A stretch of DNA of 64,000 bases from positions 1 to 64,000 of the forward strand of contig JABANN010000016.1 in NCBI GenBank assembly GCA_013115125.1. The letters run 5' to 3'. Shown in pieces: positions 12,424 through 25,000 of this stretch; position 1 is the stretch's first letter, and every line of letters starts with the position of its first letter. Both the position numbers and the translations under genes were made by a program. The stretch comes from Perkinsus olseni (taxonomy: Eukaryota). The notes under the pieces were generated by a model that saw nothing but the letters and a program-made list of their open reading frames with translations, was not told where the DNA came from and did no database searches.

Positions 12424-12945
12424 ATGAAATCCCTCGCCGCCTACTCTGGTCAGTTCAAGGCCGCCATGGCCATCGGCATATGCGGTCAGGTCCTCTCCTG
12501 GCTCGCCAACGCCGTCTATCGCAGCAAGGTGGCCCTCGAGATCATCAGGAGAGCTCGTGTGAATCAGCCATTAGGCGATATACAGTGCGTTGCCATCGCC
12601 TTCCAAAGCTTCATGATCGGCCTGCAGCTGCTAATGCTCATCGTCACCCTTGCCCTGGTCATCGTACGCGTTGAACGCAGGAAAGGCCTCTCTCGTGTCA
12701 TCCCTGCCCTCGGCGGCGTCGGCATGATCGGCTTCGCTGTCGGCCAGATCGTAGGCATTCTCATAGTGCCGGGCGGGTGCGAGATTGACCAGGCTGTATG
12801 GTCGAAGATTATTGGCTGCGTGGGTGCCGTGTTCATCATTATCAGTGCCTTCCTCTTCGTGCTGGCACCGGAGTCTAGACAGTCCAAAAATAGTGACGAG
12901 GCTGCTCAGTTGAGACCTCAAGGGTTGGTCTATGCCAGCGCGTAA
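12424..12945 (+). CDS. Intronless four-TM membrane protein, paralog 2
   Basis: 173 aa, four TMs. Motifs YSGQFKAAMAIGICG, ERRKGL and FVLAPESR. Confidence 0.85.
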   Translation: MKSLAAYSGQFKAAMAIGICGQVLSWLANAVYRSKVALEIIRRARVNQPLGDIQCVAIAFQSFMIGLQLLMLIVTLALVIVRVERRKGLSRVIPALGGVGMIGFAVGQIVGILIVPGGCEIDQAVWSKIIGCVGAVFIIISAFLFVLAPESRQSKNSDEAAQLRPQGLVYASA

Positions 12946-13117
12946 GTCTTCAAGTTGACATTACAGCATGACTGTTAGCGTACATGCCCCTCTGTTGAGA
13001 TAACTTGGTGAATTGGCGGGGTTGAGTTGACAATAATGTTAGTGGGCTGAAGATTCTTACTGGAGTATCTTAGGTTGATCATGGCGTTGCACGAGTTCCA
13101 GCTCAGTTCGGTTGCTC

Positions 13118-13723
13118 ATGGCCATCCCCACGACAGCACAGTATAAGGCGGGCCTGGCATTAGCATTGTTGGCCACGATTGGCTCGGCCGTCGCCGCAGT
13201 ACTTAGCAACAAGTTCCTCAAGGGTGTTGACTACTGCAACGGAGAGGGCGCCTCTGGCAACATCAACTGTCAAGTCGGCCTCCTGCTTACCGCTATGGCC
13301 GTGTCTATCGGCGTCGCTGCAGTCCTTCTCGCGACTTTGGTTTGGTTGTCCAGCGAGAAGAGGTCAGGACTGGCTCGGACTGGAGTTGTCTTTCTGTGCA
13401 TCATCCTCGCTCTCTGCGGAGTCGGTGTGGCTGTGCTTAGTGGCCTTCTCGCCACCGAGAGCGACAAGGTCCCGACAGCCCCGGTCTTCAACACGGCGAT
13501 CGGCGCTGCTGCGGGCATCCTAGCGTCAGTCGCTGCCATGCTCATCATGTGCTCTGCCGACGCTATGTCGTATGAAGGATGGCTTGAAGTGTACGGCGAC
13601 GTCGATGAGGACGATGGCGAGGTTGAAGGAGCGACGTGGAAGGAGTTCTTTGATAAGTACAAAGAGGAAGAGGAGAAGGACAGTCTAGAATACCAGCAGC
13701 TGCTTAGTCGCCAGGGAAATTGA
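13118..13723 (+). CDS. Intronless four-TM membrane protein, paralog 3, acidic C-tail
   Basis: QYKAGLAL start of TM1, Cys pair in loop 1, EKRSGL loop, four TMs. Confidence 0.85.
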   Translation: MAIPTTAQYKAGLALALLATIGSAVAAVLSNKFLKGVDYCNGEGASGNINCQVGLLLTAMAVSIGVAAVLLATLVWLSSEKRSGLARTGVVFLCIILALCGVGVAVLSGLLATESDKVPTAPVFNTAIGAAAGILASVAAMLIMCSADAMSYEGWLEVYGDVDEDDGEVEGATWKEFFDKYKEEEEKDSLEYQQLLSRQGN

Positions 13724-13949
13724 GTGAGCTGTGAGAACGTAGGCCGCCCTGTTGAAAGGTTGTTATTGCCCCGATGTTAGGTAGAAGAACTAGTCGTGAA
13801 CTCAACTGGAGAAAGCATCAGCAAATTTACAAGGTGTATCCCATGAACCCTTGAAAGATTTTGCGTTGTTTCGCAGTGTAGGAGGCGAGGGTGCTTCTGG
13901 AGGCAGTTTTGAGGCTCTCAGCCGAACGACCTACGGAGGGTCGCTTCTT

Positions 13950-14456
13950 ATGTCCAGCACTACCCGTCCCACTTCGGCTCGTATACGGCTTGGTCTATTC
14001 TACCTCTTCCTGGCTGCCGCTCTCGCCATCACCGCTGTTCTCTGCGACTTCACTCACGACCATACAAACTCTATATGCTCCTCCCCCTCCCCTGTTGACT
14101 GTAAATTCCGGTATATCGTTATAGGAGTGACGGTTGCACAAATATTGTCCCTCTCCTGCCTGGTCCACTTTCTCTACGCCGATCGACCTTCTCTGTTCCT
14201 CGTGGTAGCCCTTTGCGTCTGTGTGGGTCTTGAGGCTTTGGCCTCGGGGCCGCTTTTCGTAGTGCATTCAATCGTGGCAAAGACACAGTACTACGCTCCG
14301 CCCATACTGGCCTGTGGGGGGACTTTCATCGCCGTGATGGGAGTGCTGTTGGTTAGCCAGGCTGATGAACTGAAGGCGATTGGCTCCCTTAGCAATACCG
14401 AAGGAGATGGAATAGTAGACAGTCGGCCGCTAAATTATGGCGCTACTGAGAATTGA
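13950..14456 (+). CDS. Intronless four-TM membrane protein, paralog 4 (most divergent)
   Basis: ATG at 13950, four TMs, Cys pair in loop 1 like paralog 3. Confidence 0.78.
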   Translation: MSSTTRPTSARIRLGLFYLFLAAALAITAVLCDFTHDHTNSICSSPSPVDCKFRYIVIGVTVAQILSLSCLVHFLYADRPSLFLVVALCVCVGLEALASGPLFVVHSIVAKTQYYAPPILACGGTFIAVMGVLLVSQADELKAIGSLSNTEGDGIVDSRPLNYGATEN

Positions 14457-17257
14457 ATCTGCATGTACAAGGCCTCGGTCTTGAGTTAGTACCTAGTTCA
14501 ACTACTTTACTTGAGTGTCAGCTAGTGAGTGGAGTCGTGTTAGTTGCTTCCGAATGAAGGGTTGAAGGATCACTTGTGGTTTTAGGACGGCGAGGTCACC
14601 AGAGGGACGCGCCGGTCTCCGTTCTGGTACTGCTGCCCTCCAGGGTTGAGCCACTCTGGCTCTCTTGGCGTTCCGAGATCGCTAGGTGAGGGGAGCTTTA
14701 TCTTCACCTAATTGTCATGGAGAAGGCTTCTTCGTTGACTTGAACTCACGAAAGCTATTTGTTGTGCCTTTTATGGAGTGCAAGCACCGCCTACCCAACC
14801 TTACGAAGTAAATACTTTTTCCTCGACTGGATGTAGTGACTTGGCGATTATCGACAAGTCCAGGACTTCAAGTCCTGACTGAATGGGTGGATGAGCTGCC
14901 TCGGTTGGCTGACTTCAACACCGAGATGGCGAAGTAAGAAAAGAGGTCGACGATCATAGGTTGTTGCTCCGTTTGTTATGGAAAAATAGAAAAAGGGTCT
15001 GGGTTCTTCGCCTTCAGTGAAGGCCCTTCACCCTTGCCGCTCCAGCTCAGTGTTGTACCCGAAGCGTTCGGGTACAACATCGAGCTGGTCGGTCCGACCC
15101 CCCGACGTTGTAAAGTGAGTTTCTCGACTTGGCGTCCCAAGCCCAGTTTTTAACAGTAGTAGATGTTGCTGAGTTAAATGCCTTAACGCTACAGACAGAT
15201 TGTGTAACACGCCAGTTCTTATTGAGACGACATACATCTGCGTGATCGGTGAGTATCTACAATGCACTTATCTTTGAGTAATGGAGAGACCGTCCTCTGA
15301 AGTCTCCTAGTAAATTCCACTCCGGCTACTCTGAAGAACCAACCACGGAGACGGTGGGGGTAATCCGAAAAGAAATTATAGCTGCAAACCACACTAGATC
15401 GATTCGATCAATATTGAATATCGCAAACTTACGCTGCTTCGAAAAGGAAATGTACTGACAAGCTTCGAGGACCTGAAGATCTTCTCGTGCGGTCTCGTAA
15501 TTTCAGAGTGACGCAGATCACGATGATCTGATGACCTGGATCCACAGACGTAGTTATAACTGGATGACCCTGCCGGAGACGGATCCGAGTGGTCGATAGC
15601 ATACGCTTGACCCAGTGAGTACCTACGTTCAATGTCCAGGTGTATGGTATAATACCATTGGTGTGTGCTGTAAATAGTTCACAGGAAGCCTTCTCGAAGA
15701 CGTTCGAAGAATCGTGGATCGTGGATATGACTGAGCCATCTCGGAACCTTGAGAATTTGTCAAGAGGATAGAATTTCCCGGAATCTGCTTGAACAGTCCA
15801 AGTTTAACCAGAATCGTGATCTCACCCGGAGGAATTGATGGCCCGTCAGTGATGATGGCCTCGATCAAATCCAGTCGAACTTCGACGTAAAGTAGCTCAT
15901 GAACGTCGGCCCTTTAGACCATTGGCAGCGAGAGCAGTCATAGCGGTCACAGATAGTATTTCCGAAATACCTCGATAATCACTGTGAGCCAAGTAACAGC
16001 AACTTGTACCTAGTTTGAGAGAGACCGAAGTAACTGCTGGGAGCAATTAGAGAGCCAGTAGACCCTACATTGCGTACACGCCGGTTGAGTGAGGGTGTCT
16101 ATAAGTTCTTATTACTCGACCGGAGTATTCCTTAAAGCATTCTCCACACGGACTGCGGCCCCTCGACGAGGGGCCCTCGTTGATCATCCTCTTGGAAGGT
16201 CAGAAGATTGTACAACTCAAACGCTGAATTCAAACTTGAGTGACAGAGTTTCAGTCACCGGTTACTGACTAAGTGCTAGGTACCAGTTAGTAATTGGTGA
16301 TACCAGGTTTCAGTAACTGACAAGTACTCTAGTAAGTGTTACGGCAACACTGTTACCTACACAGCGAGGATTTGACGGCGCTGCTCCTCATCAACGTTTC
16401 CACGGCGAGTTGTGCATAATTCACTTTCGTGATTCACTGCAGAGTTCATTTGTTGGACATTGATTCTAACTCTCATTGTCTCACGGTGAGACGGTAGAGC
16501 CCAGAGTCAAGGGCAGAAGCCTCCTGCTCACGCTGATTTGGTCACGTGATGAGACTCTCGTCACCTCGTCGGTGACGGTTTCAAACGTCCGAGGGATCCC
16601 TGAGCTCAAGCATCTCGAGTCACCACACCACCTAATGGTGCTGACAGCAGCAGCAGCAGTAAGGGATTTAAAATCCCGGGTTTTCTCCGTTCAGGATCAA
16701 TCATCCCGAGCGTGTCGGTCTAACAGTCAGACTCTGACCGCCTTTGCCAAATTTCGGCATGAGGAGTCGCGAGAGTCTACATATTGTCCCGCCGTTGTCG
16801 TCAGTCGTCATTTGCGATGGGCGAAACTGCGGTATGAGATCCGTAACTGCTGGCAGCAGTCTGCTGCGACCTCGGCGACAACCTACCACTCGTACGCTGA
16901 ACGGCGCCATGTCATGTGTTTGCTAGGCCGGTCCTTCGCACTGGTCGTGTTCCGGACTTGGATACCGGCAGGAACAGCGTTCGGCCTGGGGAGAATGGCA
17001 CCTTTGGGGATCGAACCTCCATCGAACCTCGTGCACACTGTCAGACCGTGTACACGAAGGTTCCCGTACTGCCATATTTAATCTATCAGTCTCTCCGACT
17101 CTATCGCATTGGTATCCTCTGGCGAGGTGAGTTGTGTTAGTTGTGTAGGAGTCTCGATAGAGCTGCAAGGACCCTGGCTCTCACATGACTGCTTTAGGGA
17201 CTTGAATCATGGACACGGAGAGAAAGTATCTTGGCTTGCTGCTAGTGGGCTTCAGAA

Positions 17258-19306
17258 ATGGCAGCAACAGTCGTCCAGCGCCCAGAACGACCCTACGTGT
17301 CGGTCCTTCTCCTGCTCATACTAGCGCTACAGTTTTACAACCCTGTCCGCCATTATCCAGAGTGCCGCTGTCTTTGTGGCGAGAGCAGGGTAGGTCACCC
17401 CGCTTCGCGGCTCCAACCCCGGCCGAGAACAGCTCGGAGGCGCCTCGGACCAAGCCCACGTTACAGGGGTCGCCCAGCGTGCCTTCCCCACCATCCGTGG
17501 CTGCACCTCCGGCCTCGAGCTCTGCCAGCCAGGCACGAGATGCTCTGAGCGATCTTGCTGCTGTACGCAGGGCCGCTGAGGAGCAGCACGCCCGGCTAAA
17601 GGAGGCAGGGAGACTTCCGGCAGAGACCGAAATATCTCAACGGGTGACTAAATAGCAGTGTAATTTGGCCAAGCACTCGTCAATTGATAATTTCAGGCTC
17701 AAAAGCTCCTGGAGGACTACCGACGCTCCGTAGACAGCTCACCTCCTCCTCCTCCGCCGCCGCCGCCGCCTGTTCACTCCGAAACTCCAGTCAGCGCTAA
17801 CACGTAGCCATTAGCAGCGAGCCGATACGCACTCTTGTTCCGTCGGCTCAGTTATCGTCCCCGGGACGCCGTGCCTCCGTCACAGCCGATTCCCTACAAT
17901 GTGAGCTCCTCCGTGCGTTCAGAGGTCAGACCGGCAGTCTTACTAACTCAGGCGGATAGTCTACAGGCTCAGCCCCGCACGCCCAGCCTCTCTCAGGCAA
18001 CAGGTCAGTGCTTGGCTGCAACACGACAGGTCTGCCCTATTTAACAAAAACCATGCTCAGGTCCGTACGAGCAGCTCGGTGATGGCCCTATCAAATTCAC
18101 TGCGGATTTCGGAGCAGTCCTTCAGCAGGCCCAGGGCCAGGGCATCGGGGTGAGTCCCTCTTTATCCCTCCCCTCCTGCCTGCTCGTCCGCGCAGGTTAT
18201 TCTCGGCGTGGGTCGGGGTGAGTTCGCCCTCCAACTTCTCAAAACGTGGCCTGCTTCCGGTGAGTCGCCGATGGTGCCTCTTTCTTTTTTGTGATTATTT
18301 CATGGTGGAAGTGCCGTTCGCCGGTGTGGATTATCTTATCATATTTGACGTACCCTTGCTGTCACAATCGGATCTTCGCTCACATGCAATGTGCAAGCTC
18401 CTACCTGAGGATACTGTCCTGGCCCACACCATTGTAATGATTAATCGGTATCTCAGCTGGCGTCTACCTCTGCGACCCCTACATCCACATCTGGCATGGG
18501 TATAAGGACCCCGACAACCACTCGGATAGAGACCATCAGGTGCCGCCTGATGAGCTCACCAGCGCTTCGCTCCGCTCTTTTTACAGCTCATTTTCGAAGA
18601 CTTGAGGAATCGTCTAGTGCCGTACGAAGGGAAGTACGTCCTCATCAGAGACTTCTCGTACTCGTGTAAGTCCACGGCACCCCCCTGCCGGTCGATCCCT
18701 CTGTGCAGTCGCCGACACATACCGCTCGGAGCCTAACCAACCCCCTCCAACCTTCATATACATCGATGCCAACCATGCTTATGCAGCAGTGAAACAGTGA
18801 GGCCTGCCGGTGTTGCGATGCTGTTGTCTGGCTGTGTGGAGCAGGGATCTGAAGCAGTGGTGGCCTGTGCTGGCCACTGGCGGACTTATAGCTGGCAGCA
18901 CCTTCCTAGACGATGATCAACGTAAGATTCCGGGACTTGATGAACTCTCAAGCGGCCGCTAACGTGTAACTTCTGAAGCATGAAATTTTTCGGTCATGAA
19001 GAACATAAAAATCCCCCAGACCATCACTATAGAATATCAGAGAGCGTCGATATTTTTGATGGAGAGTCAGCGACGATATCGGCCCTGGGATGGAGATGTT
19101 GAATGGGCTTTTACATTGCCATTATTCTCCTAGATTCAATAGGCGTTGCTACGGCTGTTAGGGAGTTCGCTACCACTGTACAGGTAAGTGGTAGAGTGAT
19201 GATGATGGCAGCGATTGAGGAATGAGACTGGATCCTCGCTCCTTGTCAGGCGGATCTTTATCTGACGCAAGACAGCTTGCCCTCATGGTACATGGTGAAA
19301 GGCTGA
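17258..19306 (+). CDS. Membrane-anchored/secretory class I SAM-dependent methyltransferase (Methyltransf_24-like)
   Basis: N-terminal hydrophobic segment and Pro-rich stalk, then spliced exons [66 protein letters not shown] and LPSWYMVKG*. TGA at 19304-19306. Confidence 0.82.
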
Positions 19307-19416
19307 TGATGTCGTCGACGACGATCATGTCACGTGGCCGTCGCCACTGTGCTTTCCACGACGATGTTGTTCTGCGTTAACCAAGTGCGTGTATCGTCAA
19401 GTAGCGGAATATTAAC

Positions 19417-22400
19417 ATGGATCTTTCCTCGTCCGCCTCGTCCTTCCCTCCACGGCCAGCGAGTGTCCATAACCGAGGAGTTGCCGACCCTACCTCAGTA
19501 AGGCTGCTCAGGTCTGGTCACGACGGACCGTCCCACGAACAAGCTATGAAAGAGCCCCCAGAGGCCGTGCCTCGATGGGAAGGTATCACAAAGCATTCAT
19601 CTCGGGGGATTCGGTTCACCTGCCCTCAGCGACTCGGCTGGTTCATCGCTATGCGAGGCTACGCAGCTCGGTCAGTTCTTCTGTACGCAGCGCAGGCCTG
19701 GATCCCACTGATCGTAAGTCGGCCGATGACCGTTGCCCTCTATTGAGTCGGTTTGGACTCTTCCTGTTGCTCAATCTCCTGAAGCGGTTATCTCCTTCAC
19801 TGGCCAGATGAAGCGCCCCGTTCTAGCGTCGAATCGTTGCCCTCCTCTGTGGGCTGCGCCCCCCGATACGCCCATCATCGCCGGCCCCCGCCGTTGTTCA
19901 TAAACCGCGACATCGACCACAGCGACGACGATGGCTACGGCAGCAACGCGAGTGATGATGTGGATGCTTCCCTCTCTCGTCCCATTGCCAAGCCTCTTCA
20001 GTGTCCTCCCTGGAAGCGTCGTCTGGTCTCGGTGGGCGGCTCCTGTCCAGCGGCAGCAGTTTCGTGATCGGCGATGACAGCATGAGGTGGCCTCTTGACG
20101 TAGCGCTCAGCAAAGGCGTGACGAGTCATGCCGTAACCTCCTTCCATTCAGGAACCTTCTCTCAATCTTTCTACGTTCCGACGCTCGCAAGGAGCTTATA
20201 CGGAGAGAGGTGGGCTCAGTGAATGAGATCTACCATACGACAGGGTTGGCTTCCGTCGAGCCCGTACTAGGCTAATAGTTCTATCGTTCATGCAGCGTTA
20301 ATTTTGAGTGAAGTCACGCCGAAATCGACTGTCTCGGAAATCTCTCTGAGACGAATGTCACCTGAGCTTCTAGTCAACGGCCATCGATTCGTCATTGGCT
20401 TCTGACTCCGGACTAACCTGGTTGGAAATGAGACAACCAGGTCTTCTAACGATGATGTCTCATCTTGAGTCATCTTCGAGGAAGCTGAGAAGACATTTTA
20501 TCGTTTTTATAGAAGACTACCGGGAGTATCGATCTCTCGGTCGGAGTTATTATACTCAGTGACGAACAATAGACAAGCTCCGTACCATCGGGCTTACTCT
20601 CAGTCTCTGGACAATCTCTCAGGCGGCGGGGTCAGCCTCCCGTTCGGGGCCCCTCTCCGTTCATCGATTCCCCGACCGAACAGTGAAGAGAGGCTCGCGG
20701 GGGACTCCGTTTCCAACGAGAAGCCGCTACGGCAAACTAGCGTGCCTGTTGCCAGTGATCGAGGAGAGTCGATGGACAGTAGAGAGAACACCGCCGATCG
20801 GCAAGATTGCTCGCCGTCGAACCTTGTAGCACCGCCGCTCGGTGCTTTCCCGCAGCAGAAATCGTACCTCAGATCGAATTTGGAGACACGGTGGTTGTTG
20901 ACGCGCCTGTTGACGAGTCACCGGCCTTTACAGTGAGTGAGGACGGTACGACAGCATCCCTGCAGAATTGCGCTGATGCTGCTACTGAGCACCATCCACC
21001 GCTATCGGAACACGCTTATAGTAACGACAAGGCAGTTCCCAGTACGTGCCATTCCATACTGTGCTTCCGAGTCCTCTTGTGGCACGCAGGTCGTTCTCGA
21101 GCATTGAGTGCTAGTTTGCTGAGGAATGACGAGCTGACAGAGTCGAGGGTGGACTTCCTCACAGAAGAGATGCGGTCTCTCAGAGCGCAGGTGAAGACAG
21201 TGGAGCATAGCGGACTGCATGAATCACCTCCGTCAACCAGCGTGAAGCGAACTCTGTCGACAACCGTGATCTCAGTCATCCTGTTCTATCCTCTATTGCC
21301 AGGTAGAGCTCGTTCAGAATCGCTTATACGAAGACGCGTCAAGCATGACGATATTGGAACCCTCCAGCTCGAGTGAAGAGACGCCTCCTCCGGACACAGC
21401 CGATGCGGGTGTGCCACGCAAACACGCTACTTGGACGAACCCAATCATCCTCCCATCGCCAGTCTCTATACCCACTTATGGTGACCCGCTGGTTGTCGAA
21501 GGTTCTTCTGCAGGTACCCAGTGCTCGCCGCTCGTCGGTGATGCATCAACCCTCACTGATCCCCCTGTGACAACAGCCTGTAGTGTTATGACTGATTCAC
21601 GACCGGCCATGGTGTCGACAGGTCACTAAAGCGCCTTCTCTCCTCTGGGGAGCTTGTTTACCCTTTAGAAGTGCAAACGGAAGCAACGGTCAGTGTCGTG
21701 CCCTTCGAACAGGAAGAAGAGCAGCAGCGGAGAGCCGAGCAACGAGGAGCTGTAGCCGCGGAAGTGCGTATGCTGCAGTTGATACTCACTTGAGTGCCCC
21801 GATGGTTTTTCGTGACAAAAGTCCTCACGACTACCTTGTTTGGCATATTGTCCACTCCGTTGCGATCAGTTCTCAGCCTAGTCTCAATTCATAATCCAGA
21901 TGAAAGACGGGTGATAGATGTACTGCATCCGATGTAGGAATCTTTAGGTCGCGTCGTTGGAGCGTGAGCGTGATACCTTGGAGGAGGAAATCGGCAATTT
22001 GACAGCTGAGGTGTCCAAGCAACGCAAGCTCATCAGAACTCAGAGTGACAACCAATTGAGGTGTCGGCTGTGTCTGTGCCGTCGTGCAGGTACGACGCAG
22101 AGCATCACTGAAGCCCTCAGACATAATGGCGAGGTTAGAGCTTATCACACAGCGAACATGCGGTTGCGGAAGCAGGTACTCGAGGTAGGTGGAAGTAGAA
22201 GAGAAACTCGGTCTCGGATATGGCCCTATCCTTAGCTCCGCAATGAGATGGATTCCCAAAGGCAAGTCGTCTGCGAGGCAGCATCAGTAGGCCTCAGAAA
22301 CATAGAGGACCGCTTGATGGAGTGCCATGCGCTGGCTAATATCGACAGGTGAGCTTCTGAGCTAACGTGTCTTGTGAACGCTTAGAGGCTGACGCACGTC

Positions 22401-22937
22401 CTCTCAGTGCGTCGGGGATCGGCTTTGCAGAGCTGTTGACCGAGATAGACTCCTGCCGGAGGAGGTACTACCTAGCCCTGGGGAGCCGTCGCTCGACAGT
22501 GGCTTGAGTATCGTAGAGTGCACCGTGCTGCGCTCCAACCTGTGCCCTCTTCGACATCCAAGAGGGATGATAGCGGGTCGGCCTACGCCGGCACAGCTCC
22601 CTCACAGCGAAGACCAAGCAACGCATCCGGCGGCTCAGAGTCAGCGTCAATCGACAGAGGTGGGCACCGCCACTATAGAGTAGAAGAATGTACGTGTGCC
22701 AAGCAAGCCGATGTCGACGCTTCTAGGAATCCTTCAAGAGTCGACGGAGATGGCACAGACATTGCTCGGTGACCTCGTCGATATACGTCGTATGCGCTCC
22801 CATACGGCAGCCTCGCCTAACGAGCGGGCCGCGTTCAAGTCTCCTGGTGATGTTTCTTGTTTCGAGACGCTCGATAACATCGCTTAGGTGAAACGTTCCT
22901 GAGTGACGCCGGCTTAGTGACTCCTCTAGGTGGATGA
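19417..22937 (+). CDS. Multi-exon hypothetical protein, Ser/Pro-rich with C-terminal coiled coils
   Basis: Chain of ORF fragments bounded by GT-AG, e.g. RVDFLTEEMRSLRAQV and ERERDTLEEEIGNLTAEV. Ends ...GLVTPLGG*. Confidence 0.6.
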
Positions 22938-23850
22938 ATTCGATTTTACCATGATCAAGTAAGATTCTCTATTTTCTCGGTCTGTGTTGAGCACTTGAGT
23001 GCATTCTAAGGGAATCTTAGGAAGCTGGGGAACTTCGCCTCAAAACAAAAGCAGATAACAATTATCTGATAACCCTACAGCTGCAAAATTCAAATGCAGA
23101 CACATCACTTAGGGAGGGAAACCTGACCCTGGCTCCTTATTGCGTCAAAACTGTTGACCAGGGGGGTAACTTACCGTGGGAAAATGCGAATATGAAACGG
23201 CGTTTCATAATGCGTGCGTCGGGCCCAATGCTTGCTTGTCGGCTTGGTATGACTCCGTTACAGGGTCTTGTACGAGCACGCTGCTTGCAGCAGCACGGTT
23301 GGTATGAGGATGACGGAAGGGGTGCCGGTTTTCCCCCAATAGGGGACCCCCATAGGCGTACACTCGTTTCCTCGTCAAAAGGGTGCAGTCTGCTATTCTG
23401 CAGCTACTGAGACTAGCTCGAGACTTTCATCAGAGTCGGGACTTTCATCAAATCGTTCATTGAACTGTCCAACTAACAAGTTTTTACAGCTGGACGTTTT
23501 GTTCAACTTTAACAAAGTAGACAAACGTTTAGATGATCAGGGATGGGCGAGATATACTCCGTATGGGGAAACAATGTTGTGTAGGCCATTGAATGGGCAC
23601 CCTTCATATCGTACATAACAGGCTTTTAGGGTATGTGTAGCAGCTACACTGTAGCTCACGTGGTTTCTCTTCTCAGGTGACTCATCTGAGGTAAGGATTT
23701 TTTGTCTTATCGTTCATGTCTTTAGGGCTTCTCGGCCCGATGAGGTGTGGAATGTTTCGTCTCGGATAGAAGGAATATTTGCGCTGAAGGACCGAAAATC
23801 ACGGAATGTATGACGCGGGATTGTGATTTTATATCTCCTGCTGTCACAAG

Positions 23851-23999
23851 ACCGCTGTCACAGCGGTTGACAGTCTGCACATTGCAGACTGTAAAATTTA
23901 CAGTCAATTGATTATTGAGTGTAAAATTTATTATAATACTGCAATTTAATTGCAGTATTATAGTGTAATAATTACATCCACTCCAGGCGCTGTCACAGC
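23851..23999. repeat. Dense cluster of chained perfect inverted repeats flanked by a 12-bp direct repeat
   Basis: Arms-spacer-arms 8-1-8 (23851-67), 10-3-10 (23870-92), 9-1-9 (23887-905), 15-1-15 (23932-62), 6-1-6 (23964-76). cgctgtcacagc occurs at 23853 and 23988. Confidence 0.95.
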
Positions 24000-24599
24000 C
24001 GCAGTTGGTGTAAGATTGTATCGATAGAGAGGTGATACGGCAATGACAAGCATCTTTACAAACCAAAATAGGCGATGCGCGAGGTTCAAACTCATAGGGC
24101 GCGCGCTTCGCTGGTGAATGAGCGCGTGTTAACGTGGCGCCCCCAATATGATGTTGGTTGGCGAAGTTGGAAGCATATGAGTGATGAATCAACATCATTG
24201 TATCTTCGAATATTTCAAATTGTCCGGCTCCTGTCACCATGGAGCAACAGAATGACCAAAGCGCCTTCGAGGTCGGGATTGATGGCAGACACGGTCAACG
24301 CAAGCCAATGTACAGGTAACTCTCTCCCTGTGATATGAGGGGGCTCTAGATCGCTCGAGTGCACTCGGTGTAGCATTGTGTGGCTAAGGTGTAATTAAGC
24401 ACGGTCCCGGGGTCACGCAGCCACATCGCACGGGACCCCGCACGTTACTGTGATCTCGGTCCTGACATAGAGCGTTTATACATCAGGATCTGCTATGGTC
24501 ATAGTAGACGATAGCGGATCATGCCCTCACTCTGGTGCGATGCGAGGCGTTACCGAGACCCCGGATAAGATAACAAACTCCGCTTGCATCTCAGTATTC

Positions 24600-25000
24600 G
24601 AACGGCCGACCAGCTCGAAATAATAGGAGGGCAACTTGCAGTATTACGTCGCAAACATAACGATACTGTCCTCATTCCGGTCTTCACACATCCCATTAGC
24701 TTGCTTCAGGCTTGTCTGGTGGACTGGGACTGGTGGACTGTGGTGTATGAGGGTGCCACTTTCGCGATACCTGTTATCTTCTCCGACGGCCCCGAGCCCT
24801 CTATGATCGCTATATGCGCTACTATAATAGAGGCCTGGCTCTCGGAGTTTTCTCCTGCTTCCGCGAACTCGATGGATGGACTCCATCATAGTCGATGAAC
24901 CTGGTTGCATTCCTTGGATTGCGCCAGTTCTACTCTGGCACAGTGGAGCCACGGTCGGCCAAGAATGTGGTACTCAAAGAAGCTGTTAGTAACAGCAGTA
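24600..25000 (+). mobile_element. Possible degenerate Ty3/gypsy reverse transcriptase fragment
   Basis: Frameshifted pieces LQYYVANITILS (YVDD-like) and LDGWTPS..NLVAFLGLRQFY (like W..P....L..FLGL..YY). Confidence 0.35.

Noticed and set aside
8715-18575. 12-mer GCTTCGCTCCGC at 8715, 9323 (reverse) and 18564
   Set aside because: About one triple 12-mer is expected by chance in 64 kb on both strands, and there is no extended homology.
23722-24240. 172-aa minus-strand ORF
   Set aside because: It runs through the palindrome island and has no recognisable protein features; likely a chance ORF.
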